Of a DNA stretch of 64,000 nucleotides, positions 24,501 to 35,950 are shown one piece after another. The notes under the pieces are model-generated. The model ran no database searches. It was given only the letters and a program-made list of their open reading frames with translations, and was not told the origin of the DNA. The stretch is from NCBI GenBank assembly GCA_051362555.1, contig CM120640.1:7130001-7194000 (forward strand). The letters are read 5' to 3'. Source of the stretch: Lingula anatina. Lineage: Eukaryota; Animalia; Brachiopoda. Positions within the stretch are counted from its first letter, which is position 1, and the number at the start of each line of letters is the position of its first letter. Made by a program: the position numbers and the translations under genes.

Positions 24501-27500
24501 ATCACAAGTTGTACCAAGTAGCTGCTAAATGTTACAGAAGAGGTAGGATATATATCTTTAGTATGAAAATGCAAATTAAGACACCTTGTAGAGTGTTGTC
24601 CTTTTGGGATATTGCTTATACTTATGTAATGACCTAATGAACAGATATTTAGACAACATATTTAGTTTATTGCAAACTTTTTTTATCAGACTTGCCTATC
24701 CAGACTGTATTGAACATTTATTCATTTTTATGCACTCAGCTTCTATTGATGGTAATTAACCAATTTATAACTTTATGATGAAAATGATATAAATCTTATC
24801 TGAGAATATAAACATAACAGGTGGTGAAGAAGTCCTGGAAAGAATGTCCTTGGCTCAAGCAAGAGCTCTGAGTGCAGAGAGACTGAGAGAAAACCCACAC
24901 AAATTGAAACAGGAGTTTCTCCTGGCTTCTGAGGAGTTCTTGCAGTGTAGTATGCCATCTGAGGCAGCCAAGTGTCTGTACAATGCAAAGGAGTTCCTGT
25001 TGGCAGCCAGACTGTTTGAGAAGATGGCAAAGGTGTGCATCAGTTTTGCAAAACACAATGAACTACTTATATGAAAATGCTATGCAAATCTCTTTAAGTA
25101 GTGTAGTTTTGCCTTTTAATGATCTGTGGATTGTTTCATTTTCAAAAAAAGTGTGTTTATAAATAGGCATGCTCTTTAATGCTTTAGAAAATTGATACAT
25201 TAATTATAAATACTTTTTAAGCATAACAATGAAACATACTTGATTGCTTTTAACATTTTAGTTTTAAATTTGTGATTCTTTTGAAGTGATTTTAATGTGA
25301 CTCGGTCCAATTATTTTCTAGTTCAGGGATGCAGCTGTCCTTTACAAAAAAGTCAAGTATTACCAGGATGCTGCCAATTGCTATGAGCAATCCTCTGACT
25401 TCAGGAAAGCCATTGAGATACATGTGTCAGTGGATCAGTTCCAGAAAGCAGCAGATGTCCGTGAAAGATATGACATTAAAGCACAGGTGAGGAGATGACA
25501 CAGTATGCAGTTTTATGATAGGCCATTGACATGCAATTCCTAACAAGAGCATGCATGCATGCAAGAAGAATGTGTGTAGATGCCTTGCATGCATGGGTGT
25601 GTTTATGAATATACAGTGAGAGAGATGGAGACTTAATAGATTTTCTTATTTTTTTCTGTAGGAATACGTGTCTCATGGAAAGATGCTGCCACAGGCTTTA
25701 ATAAATGGAGCCCCAAGTCCTCTTCATAGCATGGACTATCTTTGCTTTGAAGCTGCAAAATTGCATTTTCATCGCAGAGAGTATGATGCCATGAATGCAG
25801 CCCTATCACGCCTTCCCTTTGAACGACAACTTCAGTTTCTCAAAGAAAGAAACAACATAGCTGGTGTTGCTGCTTTGTATAAAAGGAATGGTGAGTATTT
25901 GAATAGGGTTAGAAATTATATTCACAAGTAAGCTGCGTTTCTAGTAGGTTACAATGTCAGAATTTACTTGCCATGCTTACCAGAAAAAATTAAGAAATGG
26001 TACCACATTACTGCTGGATATTGGGTAGACTTGGGTAGGCTTGGTAATTGTGAAAAAACTTCTTGTTTACATATGATTCTGAACTGATGAAAAATTTTAG
26101 GTCAGTCCATGGAAGCTGCAAAGTTTCTGAAGTCAAAGGGCAAAGTTGAAGAGGCCCTGGAGTATGCCGAGCGCTTGGATGATCCACATTTCAGGGCAGA
26201 GTGTCTCATGATAAGCAGCAGGATGAAGCTGCAGAATATGTCCAGTCCTACAATAAAGCAAAACATCCTGAAGAATTTAGAAGAAGCTGAAAAGCTCTTC
26301 TCTGCTTGTGAAGATAGCAATGGGCAGGCAGAAGCTCAGCTATATCTTGCCAAGTTGAGAAAAGATATTAAGCTCCTGAAAATCTCTTCTGATCTTTTCA
26401 AGAAAAATCACAATATTGGTGGACAAGTGGAGGTGGTTGAGGTGCTAATGGAGATAGTTCCAGAGCTGTTACCCATACACGTTTTGCCAGTACGGGATGC
26501 TGTAGAAAGTGTTGCCAACTTCCTCCTCATTGTACCGAAAAGTCCAGTAAAGCACACTCAAACTGAAAGGGCCATGCTTGACATCTGTGAGCTGTACTAT
26601 GGCATAGAAAAGGGCGATAGGGAACAAGTTAGGAAAGTAAAGACCAGTGAAGCTGCCAGGATTGACCTCCTGCTTACTGAAGATTTGGATAAAGATCAAG
26701 TGCCAAAGAATTTGGTCCATGAGAAAATGTGCCAAGATCTTCTTAAGAAAGTTGGCAATGGTATAAACAAGTGCCGTGCTATGATGTGGAGCCACATGAA
26801 AAAGCAAGAGATCTGCCCTGACTTCATTGCTGGGCAGCCCTGTCAAGAACTTGGATCATGTTCTAAACTGAGGCAAGAACCTAAAAGGGATCACCTGCTG
26901 CACCACTTGGATAGCATCCTCAGACTCATTCATTTAGATTCTACAGTAGAATGGGCATGTGAGCAGCCTCACAAGGACACCATCAAAAGGCAGCTTGAAG
27001 ACCTGAGGCCCAGAAAAGAGCTTGGTGGAAGGTTTGGCTCTTGCCTGGCTTTGTACAAATTGCTCTTTCCTGCTCAGGGTCACCACAGGAATCTCTGCTC
27101 TCTTCCTTTTGAAGCTAGGGAAGTGATGAATAGGATTAGAAGCTTGGCTGTAGAAGATCAGTTAAAGAGATGGGCAAAGTATGAGTGGACAAAGTGTCCT
27201 CAAGATCAGTTGTCCAACACAGATTTGTTCCTGTTGATCTTCAATGTACAGCGCCTGCTTAAGGTCAAAATTGAAGTCTTGAAAGGAATGCTTACAAAGA
27301 CTGCTGATGGCTACTCAGCAGAAGCTAGTAAGAAGGTTGCCCCACATAAAGTGCCAAAGGACATTGGTATGGTCTATGTAGGAGAAAGGGGGAACAGACA
27401 CATGTTCATCAGTTTGATGAGCAGGTTTATCGATTTCTCCAAAGAGCTCCATAGCAAACTGGACCCCATAACTGCCATGAGAGCACTGGTGCTGAACTTC

Positions 27501-29811
27501 ATCAGGAAACTTGCAGACCGTGCTACAGAGCCACTGATGCCTTCTATTGCCAATACCGTAGGTTTGATGATATATCAATTTTGTTCATGTTTTCTCTGTA
27601 TGCAGATGTAATGATTTAGTTTAGCCAGTTATAAGATTGATATGTTTTGTATATTTCTGAATTACCTTTACAATAAACCTGTGACTTAACCATGACTTTA
27701 AATAATATTATTTTAATTATGATAATCTTATTTGGTCATACCTTTTCCGTTAAAGGTCCTAAATGGATTTGTAACTTTGTAATTCAAATGTACTTCAAAA
27801 TATTCTGTAAATTTTTCACTTATAAATTGATATTTATATTTGCTAGGTTTGGATGATGGAGCTGGCCACTACCTTATTCCTCAGCATGGTAGCTAAAACT
27901 ACCCCTGGCGTTGTCCTGTGCTTGCCGTCAGGGTACCTGGCTCAGCTGTCTCTCTATGACTTCATCAGGGATGGAGAGTATGCCATGTGGATGAGCCTGA
28001 CACACTGCACTTGGCCTAGGGAGTGGTACCCCGTCGTTGCTAGGATGATGGTTACCATGGTGAAGATACTCTGTGGTAATCACAACCCAAAGTTCAATGT
28101 GATTGAAGATGCTTTCTCATCTGTTGCATACATCAGGAGTGGGGAGACAGAACGGACCCTAGTTTTGATACTTACTCTCTTGTGCAACACCAACCAAGCC
28201 TTGCCTCCTGATTGTGAAGTCCTGATCCGCAGATCCTTGAACTCCATCAGACTTGACAGAGAAATTTTGCCACAGAGGCTTTACTTGAGGGTTAAGGCAG
28301 CAAAAGAGGCAAATGGGCTTCAAGGTATTGTAGAAGTACTGCAAGAAGCGCTACGTCATAGAGACCAGTGTCTGTATCAATGCGTGTGGGGTGCAATTGG
28401 TAAAAAGTCCAGCACTGCAAAGGGATTGGTCAATCATCCAGTTAGACCTGCATCTTTCTTCCCCACATATAACATGCCTCTCACAGATGTTCAAGCCACA
28501 GCAAACAGCTACTCAGATACAGGAAAGGAAGTAGAAATCTATGGGGAAGAGATGGAGGAATTCGATGAGCAAGAGATCTTAGATGCAGAAAAGTCAGCCA
28601 AAAGACTTGAGATGGAAAAGAAGCTTGTTGTTTGTCTTTTGGTAATTCGAGCGTGCAGGAAGTTCAATCAACTGAGACAAGTACCAAGTCAGGCAGCATC
28701 TGCATCGACCAAAGACAATCGCCTTCCAAATCTCATACAACACATCACTATTGATAACACCATGTGCGGATATTGTGGAGTTTACTTCTCAAGTGCCCCT
28801 ACAACTCAAGATTGGGAAGAAGAAAAAGAAGAAAACCAAGCATCACAGCAGATGAGATCAGTTTCTCCCATCCCAGCTGATGATACTGCAAGTTCACCCA
28901 TGCCCAATGTTTCACCCCAACCATATCTGTATCAGAGTCAGTTATCATGGGAACCTACTAAAAGTACAGACACCCAGTTTGCCTCACTGGATGAGGCAGG
29001 GCACCTGTCAGGTAGTGCACAGCCCACCCACATCTTCAGCCCAATGGAAGAGCAAGCCAAGCAGAGAAACAGTCATGAGAAAACCAGGGACCATTTTGAG
29101 AAAATGCAGTATTTTGGAATATTCCACACAGTATATGTGAAACAAGTATTACCTCTATTGCAGAAATGTGAGGATTTTGAGCAACAGTTGCCCTGCGAAG
29201 ATGAACATAATGCAGAAGCTCTTCTTTTCAAGCTGCATGGACTTGCAATTTCAATCATGCATCTGAAGAATACTGTGAACAATGTGGTTCAACAAAAGAC
29301 ATGGGGAAGTACTCGAGAAGTTATTCACCAAGCAGAAGAGGTAGCAAAACAGTTGAGAGCAGGAATGCCCATTTTTAAAGAGTGGCAGAGGGAGGCAGAG
29401 GTCGAGAAACACAGAATAGTAAGGGTTCCACATTATCAGTTTAATACAGCCCTTTCAGTTCTAAAGACAATTTAAAATAATTTGAAATTAATTATGATAC
29501 ATATAAGACTCACTGGAAAAAAATGTTTGGCTTAAACTCAGATAATGGACATGACTGTTTTGGATTTGTAATTATGGTATTATTTACAAAAAAAAAATTA
29601 ACATCATTTAAACATCATTTACATTTTTATCTTTTAGGCTGTAGCTCAGGAGAAAGCAGCTGAAGCTATGGATGAAGAGATAGTCATTGCACATGATGAA
29701 GATGAGAACCAGGTGGGCCATCTCCTGACAGTGGCGGAAGGGCCAGGTGATCAGAGACAGATGAAGAAAAATAAGAGAAAAATGAAAGGGAAACGCAGCA
29801 GGCAGAATTAG
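3416..29811 (+). CDS. TRANK1: TRANK1-like (TPR and ankyrin repeat-containing protein 1 / LBA1), copy 1, complete, ~3166 aa, 24 coding exons
   Basis: Hand-spliced GT-AG exons with consistent phases: 3416-3422 (inferred start exon), 5404-5648, 5901-6066, 6736-6944, 8581-8719, 9050-9210, 9802-9913, 10032-10196, 10432-10611, 11308-11493, 11746-11999, 18872-19055, 19441-20997, 21216-21359, 21565-23102, 23295-23400, 23682-23906, 24429-24542, 24821-25032, 25322-25486, 25662-25890, 26101-27557, 27847-29418, 29638-29811 (TAG). Total 9501 nt. Motifs: TPR (LYSNRS...ALQDA), ankyrin (GDTPFH, GDTLLH, NDTPLH, GNTLFH), Walker A GRSGTGKTT, Walker B IYVDETQD, TGDTAQSI, LTHNYRS, TIYESKGLEFDDV, ELKYLYTALTRAR. 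Confidence 0.9.
4062..4358. mobile_element. Foldback-type non-autonomous transposon with ~16-bp internal repeats (ccccgcaccgatact) in opposite orientations
   Basis: Flanked by the direct repeat tctgacat (4054-4061 and 4359-4366). The paralogue has a single copy (ggtctgacatggcc, ~36587). Confidence 0.75.
6353..6596. mobile_element. PIF/Harbinger (Tourist-like) MITE
   Basis: TTA duplication at 6350-6352 and 6597-6599. TIR gatcctgttcccatacctagatc versus gaccctgttcccacacctacatc. Absent from the paralogous intron (~38745). Confidence 0.8.
6998..8490 (+). mobile_element. Helentron-associated non-autonomous element (HINE-like) with ~140-165-bp internal tandem repeats
   Basis: 5' hairpin atgaacagacacagatgtgtctgtacat, 3' subterminal inverted copy tgtctgtacat (~8458-8468), T-rich insertion site, about 4 tandem units starting cactgataacac (7089-7690). 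Absent in the paralogous intron (39150-39180). Confidence 0.65.
10859..11180 (+). repeat. Old intronic tandem duplication (~225-bp period) carrying caagatggcg
   Basis: gtaaca.tgtgacaccaagatggcg...caacattatgatac occurs at ~10859 and ~11084. A homologous arrangement is present at 42063-42330. Confidence 0.6.
12724..13062 (-). pseudogene. Decayed BEN-domain-like coding remnant inside the CMC element
   Basis: The minus-strand ORF contains YTIWPREVLATHSGRSSNAHKKKTVMPQLDKT, resembling the BEN signature (E.LA..S..G..S......LD). Frame is disrupted upstream. Confidence 0.45.
14426..14593. mobile_element. MITE family A (caggcccgtagcc TIR, 5-bp TSD), copy nested in the CMC element
   Basis: Ends caggcccgtagcc / ggctacaggcctg; TSD agttg on both sides. 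Confidence 0.85.
16301..18560. mobile_element. Unclassified non-autonomous DNA transposon (~2.3 kb)
   Basis: Present in copy 1 and absent in copy 2 (empty site gggattcagttagggtctcc, ~44432-44451). Subterminal inverted motifs gaggtggggttaaaat (~16386-16401) and attttaaccccacctc (~18479-18494). Exact ends and TSD are uncertain. Confidence 0.6.
16891..17063. mobile_element. MITE family A, second copy
   Basis: caggcccgtagcc...ggctacgggcctg with TSD gtaac; internal sequence similar to 14426-14593. Confidence 0.85.
21589..21627 (+). repeat. Coding (GAT)n microsatellite encoding poly-Asp
   Basis: gatgatggcgatgatgatgat... The tract is shorter in copy 2 (51985-52013). Confidence 0.8.
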
Positions 29812-29862
29812 TTTTTTATTAAGTTCTTTCACGTTTACTACATGTATATACACATTGTATTA

Positions 29863-31527
29863 CAGACTTGACATTTAATATGGAATATTTTTTTCGAAAT
29901 AATTTTTTATCAGTTTTTTCCTATTTTGCGGACTGATAAATGAAAATAAGGATTAAAATCGTGTTTTAATAACTTTAAATTATCTATTTGATGTCATTGT
30001 GACATCAGTTCATTAATGGAATTCGCCAGAGAAACAAACAAAAACACATTGCCTATTCTATGTCATACGACTCCCATTAAAAGAGATATTTTGGATCTCC
30101 ATAGTTTCCAAATTATCGTCTATAAAAGGGTAATACGCTCCACAAAAGACCCTCATGTCAGTTGCTAGTCACAGTAATGGTCGTTGTTACGCCTGGCCTC
30201 TTCGTGGCTGTTGCCAGCGCTCTCAAGCGGCAAGGCATTTCTTGAGGGTAGGTTTTTAGAGTTCAATCTGGAATAGCATTCTAGACATCGGTCTGAAATT
30301 GTCCAATATGGTCCAGTTTAGTTGTAGGACATGTAGGCAGTTGATTGGTGAGTAATGGTCTACCGAAATATTGTCTATGTGGTTCAAATGTGGCGATTTT
30401 GATGACCAGGGTAGCTGCTCATCCCCTTGGTTCTGTAAGTTATCTGCTATTAAAAGTGCTCTGTGTGAACCTGCAACCTCATCGTGCAACCTAGAATTGT
30501 TCCTAAGGTGCCCCCTATCAAATGATAGTCAAGTGGTTCCGAGATAATCCCTTTATTTGATCTGGTTCAGGTTTTCGTCGATGACTACTATTGGTGTTTT
30601 GGCACCAATGTGGAATCTACTCCAAATACTGACGCTGTCAATCACCCTTGTCACTTTAGACCCGGCATATGCTTCGTCGTAGGCCTCTTCTGGATATCTG
30701 TAAACTCTGTTTTGACTAATTGGGCGTTACAGGTGAAATCTGACCTCAATAAAGAAAGCCACGCAGTTTCAGTGTTCTGCCCAGAATCATTCATGGCCCC
30801 CAATTCATTAGAGAAACAGACGACGATGTTTTGCTGTATACAGTGGGTACCTCGGAGGTCATTAGGTGTTCTTACCTGCTAAAACCAGTATGGTGTTCGC
30901 TAAGGGCTTTGAAAAACGCATTTTAGTGGCAATTTACCCCTCGTTCTGAACGGACTAAGTGTTTTTATTTGTTTAGTTGCAGCAGCGTATCCCAAAAGAC
31001 AGTGGGTCCTGTACCCTGTAGGTAAAATTTTGATACATTGGGGGTGACCTCTGTGTAGGTACATCAGTCTGGGCATTACTCTATAAAACAGTGGGGACCG
31101 TTCCGTTTGGCGCTATGATCTGTCTGGTGATGTCTGTCTTTTTCGCGCCATTCTGCCTTAGATTAACAAATTTGTAATGCATTTCTTGACTCATCTTACG
31201 CACTGCAAAACTGGCCGCTTGCATGCAAAATTTCAAATTTTTCTATGCAGTAGTTGCTGAAATATGGATACTTTTTTGACAGAACCAAGCTTTGCCTAAG
31301 CCAAGCTTTGATCAGCCCAAAGGAACACTACCCAATTAAATCACTGCAAATTACATAGTGTAGCAGCGCAACATGCATGAAAGTCAGTTAATTGGTAGTG
31401 ACACACATGACTGCATACTTTTACATTCACAAATCTTATATGAAATCGGAGTTTTTTGAAAAAAGAACGTATTTTTACCCAGGTAAACCTTCGAAACTGA
31501 AATATTCCATATTAAATGTCAAGTCTG
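29863..31527 (-). mobile_element. Degenerate Tc1/mariner transposon just downstream of the copy 1 stop codon
   Basis: TA duplication and perfect TIR cagacttgacatttaatatggaatattt. The minus-strand remnant LPWSSKSPHLNHIDNI matches the Tc1 WPxxSPDLNPIEN motif. Confidence 0.85.
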
Positions 31528-34367
31528 TATGTTATGCTGATTGAGACCATGTTCCAAAGAAAAACTTTTAAGATTCCGTTTAGAAATGTGAAAAAATTCA
31601 CAAAAGTTTACACTTTTCAGTTTTGAGGATGAACAGTCACATGTATATGTTAAGTGACAACTATTATATTTTATTCATATTTTGAAGAACAGTTAAATTG
31701 AAAATAAAGTAAACCTTCGATCCAAATATTTGACCAAATTACTGAAAATTCTCCATAAAAAGTATTTTATATTATTTGCAGCTACACAATATAGTTCATC
31801 TAAATTTGATTACTTAAAACATCTGGTGTAAACACTAAAGTGGCAATCTTGGTTACTTTGATCAACAATAATTTCAAAAATATCTTTCTTCATTGGATAA
31901 TTAGTATTTTGCCAGATCTTACGATTTTGGTTAAATCTTTGTCAAATTTTAACCAGTCAGTTTGTAGCATATTGTTTTGATAGCTTAGAAGTTTCTGTGA
32001 AATGTTAATGTTTATGATTTTATTTCTTGTATTCTTGTTGTGTTGGTAAGAAAAGTTAGTTTCAAAATAAAGTTCAGTTTTACCTTCTATGCTTTATGTG
32101 AAATTATCTCTTATTCTTGGTTGCTTAAAATAAAAGAAGCAATACAAAGTCTACATACTAGTACTTCAGTATTATTTCAGATTTTTAAATAGACATTACA
32201 AAATTCCATGGTGTATTGAACAAATTGAAAAGAACACGCCAACTTCAAATCTGTTTTGTAATGAAAATTGATTGCTAAAAAAAAAAAAAAGATTGCTTCT
32301 CATCGCATTCCAGTGACAGATAAAATCACACAATCAAAATACACCTTTTTACTTATTTTACCAAAAAAATCAAGTTGGAGTTATACAAGTTTTGTAAGTT
32401 AAGCTTCAAAATAATGAATGGGGTATGAAAAATGAATTACCACATTTCCAGCTAACCTTTTATACCAAAAATAAAATGGCAAACTGGTAAAATATCAACA
32501 TTTATATTTCGTGTGTCCTCCATCCTGAGTAATAAGAGATTCTTTTAAAGCATTAATGACAAACACAATACTGTTTATTAATATTTGGTCAGTTATGGCC
32601 ACTTTCATTTTTTCCTACCCAAATAATGTCCACATTAACTGATCAGTTAATCAAAATGATTGATGGTGAGATTATAAGGTAATCAGTTATGCATGACTGA
32701 CTCCCACTTTTTAACAGCTCAGATTAATCCACAAAAGTGATATGAAATATTCTGTAAAGCTCATATTTTAAAACTCACTGACTAACATATTCTTGCAACA
32801 ACCCAAATACTGAGTTATCCAGAAAAAAATTATTAATCGGTAAATCTCCTAGCTTCCAATTGTGCGAGCATCACTTTGTGCTTGTTTGGTGATTTGCAGT
32901 GTTGTGTAGTAAGACTACATTTGAATGCATAAGATATCAACCTAAACCTGTTCTCATAAGTTCCTGATACAGTAGTCTAGAATCTGTTTTACATGACATC
33001 CAGGTGATGCATACTATATAGATCCTAGCTGGATATTATGTTCTACATGAACTAAGTGATAGGTTTTCCCTACTTATATAATATATAAATTTATATATAT
33101 CCCTGCAGTAAAACATAATTGTGCAATCTACGACTTGATATGTTATATTCTGAATGCTCTGAAAGAAAAAAACATTCTCAAAATATTTAAATTACAGTTT
33201 TCAATATTAATCTGTGGCATAATTTTCCTATGAAGGCATATTAATTCTTACATCTACAGTGTATAAAGATTAAATATGTATTACCTTTTTCATCTAGTTA
33301 ATCCTTAAATTTCAATTGAATGATTTAAAGACATAAATTTGCCCACTTACTTTTTTATACTATAATGTTGCAAGACTATGCTATGCCTGATCAAAGAAAA
33401 AAAGAAACATCACAGAAGTTATTCACAATGGTTGAAGTTGATGCACAAAATTTTCATTCCTTATTTATAAGAATTTCCACTGTGCCAAGATGTGAATAAC
33501 CAATTTTAACTCCAAATATTAAGGCACTTCATATCAGTCACATCTGAATACATCCAGTACTATTAATCATAACTTATTACCAATTTATTTTCACCATATC
33601 TAAAAATGACCCCCTCCCTTTCTAATCCCTCCCAATATTATGTTGTAATGAACCTCTTACATATGCCTATGACGAATGTCCTAAACTTATATAATTTTGT
33701 ACGCTGAATTCAAGCGTGGGCTCGAAATAGGACATTCCGTTTTAGACTAACTTAGTGGATAACGCAATCCAAAGATTCCACGGTTCGTGTCAGATTTACG
33801 TAAGGTCGCTCAAAGAAAACCCAAGTCCACATAATGACCAGTTAAACGATTTATTCGTCGACGTTCGGTAACTACATGTTCTAAGTGAAGTCTCCAACTC
33901 CTATCTACGTCTCGCTCCGTACTCCGTCGACAGGTGCTTTTTATATTATAACTGTACAGTCCTGTGTGCTGCTCTCTGTAAGAATATCATAGCACACCTT
34001 CTTTTCTAATAACTTATAAAATGAGTACAGAATCTGGCATGGAATGTGCGGAAATATTGAGTTTCCATATATACAACATTGAAATGCAGCCAGTTATTCT
34101 AATCAGTTTTAATTGTGCTACAGAGATATGGAATTTGGAACATTTTTGAAAAAGCAACTAGCATTAGTAATTTGTGCACAGATTGTCACTGTATGAATAA
34201 TTTATGCAATACTTCAGCTCTTTGGAGTCTAATATCTAATAAACGGATCTTAGTTGTAGTGAAACGACATACGTCTTCGTACCTAAGATGAAATATGGCC
34301 TAAAGTAAAATGTGGCCTGACATGGCACGATATCACTCCAGCCGGCGGTCTCTCCAGACAGCCACGA

Positions 34368-34619
34368 GGGGATTCCCCGATTAACAATCGACTTATTGAA
34401 CCAGTTTGTAACACACTTCCTTCCTATGATTCGGAGAACTAAACGGAAGCGAAAGCATAATGTTCTTTTTACTGCTGTCATTATTCGTTCCATGAGAAGC
34501 GGTAGTATTCAACACCGATTGATGGTTGTTTAAATGGCGGGTAATATGATTTTTTCTCAGTTTTAATGCAGGACGTGGCTTAAGGTTATGAATTTTCAGT
34601 AAAGCGAACTTTCGTTTTC
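34368..34619 (+). promoter_or_regulatory. Putative promoter/first-exon block of copy 2 with the same motif set as copy 1
   Basis: GGGGATTCCCC 34368-34378; TTCGGAGAA 34430-34438; GGAAGCGAAA 34445-34454; AAATGGCGG 34532-34540; ACTTTCGTTTTC 34608-34619. Confidence 0.55.
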
Positions 34620-35907
34620 GTGATAGAATTATTTTACGTTAAAAACAACCACAACGACGATTAAATGTTTGTAAAAAATACACCGTTAATGCGTAAAGAA
34701 TAGCATACCTGTACATAGAGGATCCACGCGTTTTTTCCTTTACATTTGATTATTTTTGAATTATGCTAGTGAGACTTGATTGACATTTAGTACAATGTAG
34801 ATGAGACAGAAATACATTGTACATGTAAATGTGACATGTCTGAAATTTGAGTTTAACTTATCTAATTTAGATAATTTTTTTCTTCTTTTGATCCCCCTTA
34901 TGGGGTCCGCCATATAGATAAACGTCCTAATAAAATATTCGTCCCGATAGATAGACCTACGTCTCTATACATACACGTCTCAATAGATTTACGTCTCGTT
35001 AAATTTACGTTCCGATAGATCCACCAACAGATTCCTATAAATTTACGTACAGTAGGCATAGGCCTACTGGTATCTTTAGATCCAGGTACCGCAAGATCCA
35101 TGTATCTGACATCGTAATCGGCTAAAATGCCGATATCAGCTTGAGATACAGGTATGAGGCTTTCGAGTGATAGTCTGACTGGGAGTATTAACATTAATAG
35201 TGACGTACCTGACAACCTGACATTTATTACCTTAAGGTATGGTAAGCTCTAAAAAAGGCACAAATTCCTTTAGAAAACGAATTTCACCCGGGTAAACTGT
35301 ATTTTCCTGGACTAATTTTACCAGTCCATTTTTGTTCTAAATCATCAATCCAAACTGCCCAAGAGCACTTTTACTTTAGTATGAGTTTCTTACGATGTCT
35401 TAAACTATGATCAGAATTCAAATTCTCCCAACCTACACCTAAGACAGTATGTAAAGGTTATCGATTAATGCATTTCCAAACAAACTATGTTGTTTAGCTT
35501 AAGGGCTCGTCGGGAGCGGGGAGGGGGCTGCAGCCAATAATTTGCTCGTGTATCTTCCCCTGGCTTTCGCTACCTTTGCTCGCACAGCCCCCCCCCCCCC
35601 CCAAAAAAAAAAAAAAAAAAAAAAAATCCGTTCCGACAGCAGTGTTGCATTACTCTTAGGGATGAGCATGAATTAACGGGAGTGTAATCTTGGCATATAA
35701 ATAAAAATAACGAGCATTTATGAGAGCAACTTTGCCCTTACTAGGGCTTTAAACTTAGACATAAAATTAAATCAGAATACAGTAATATGCTCAAATATCC
35801 ACATATTTCACCCCCTCTTTCCCAGCATTAGGGCCTACTGGAGGTTCTGAAATGTTTATAATCTGAAATAGAAACGTGACAACACCATACCAAACCGGAG
35901 GGCCCAT

Positions 35908-35950
<43 letters not shown>

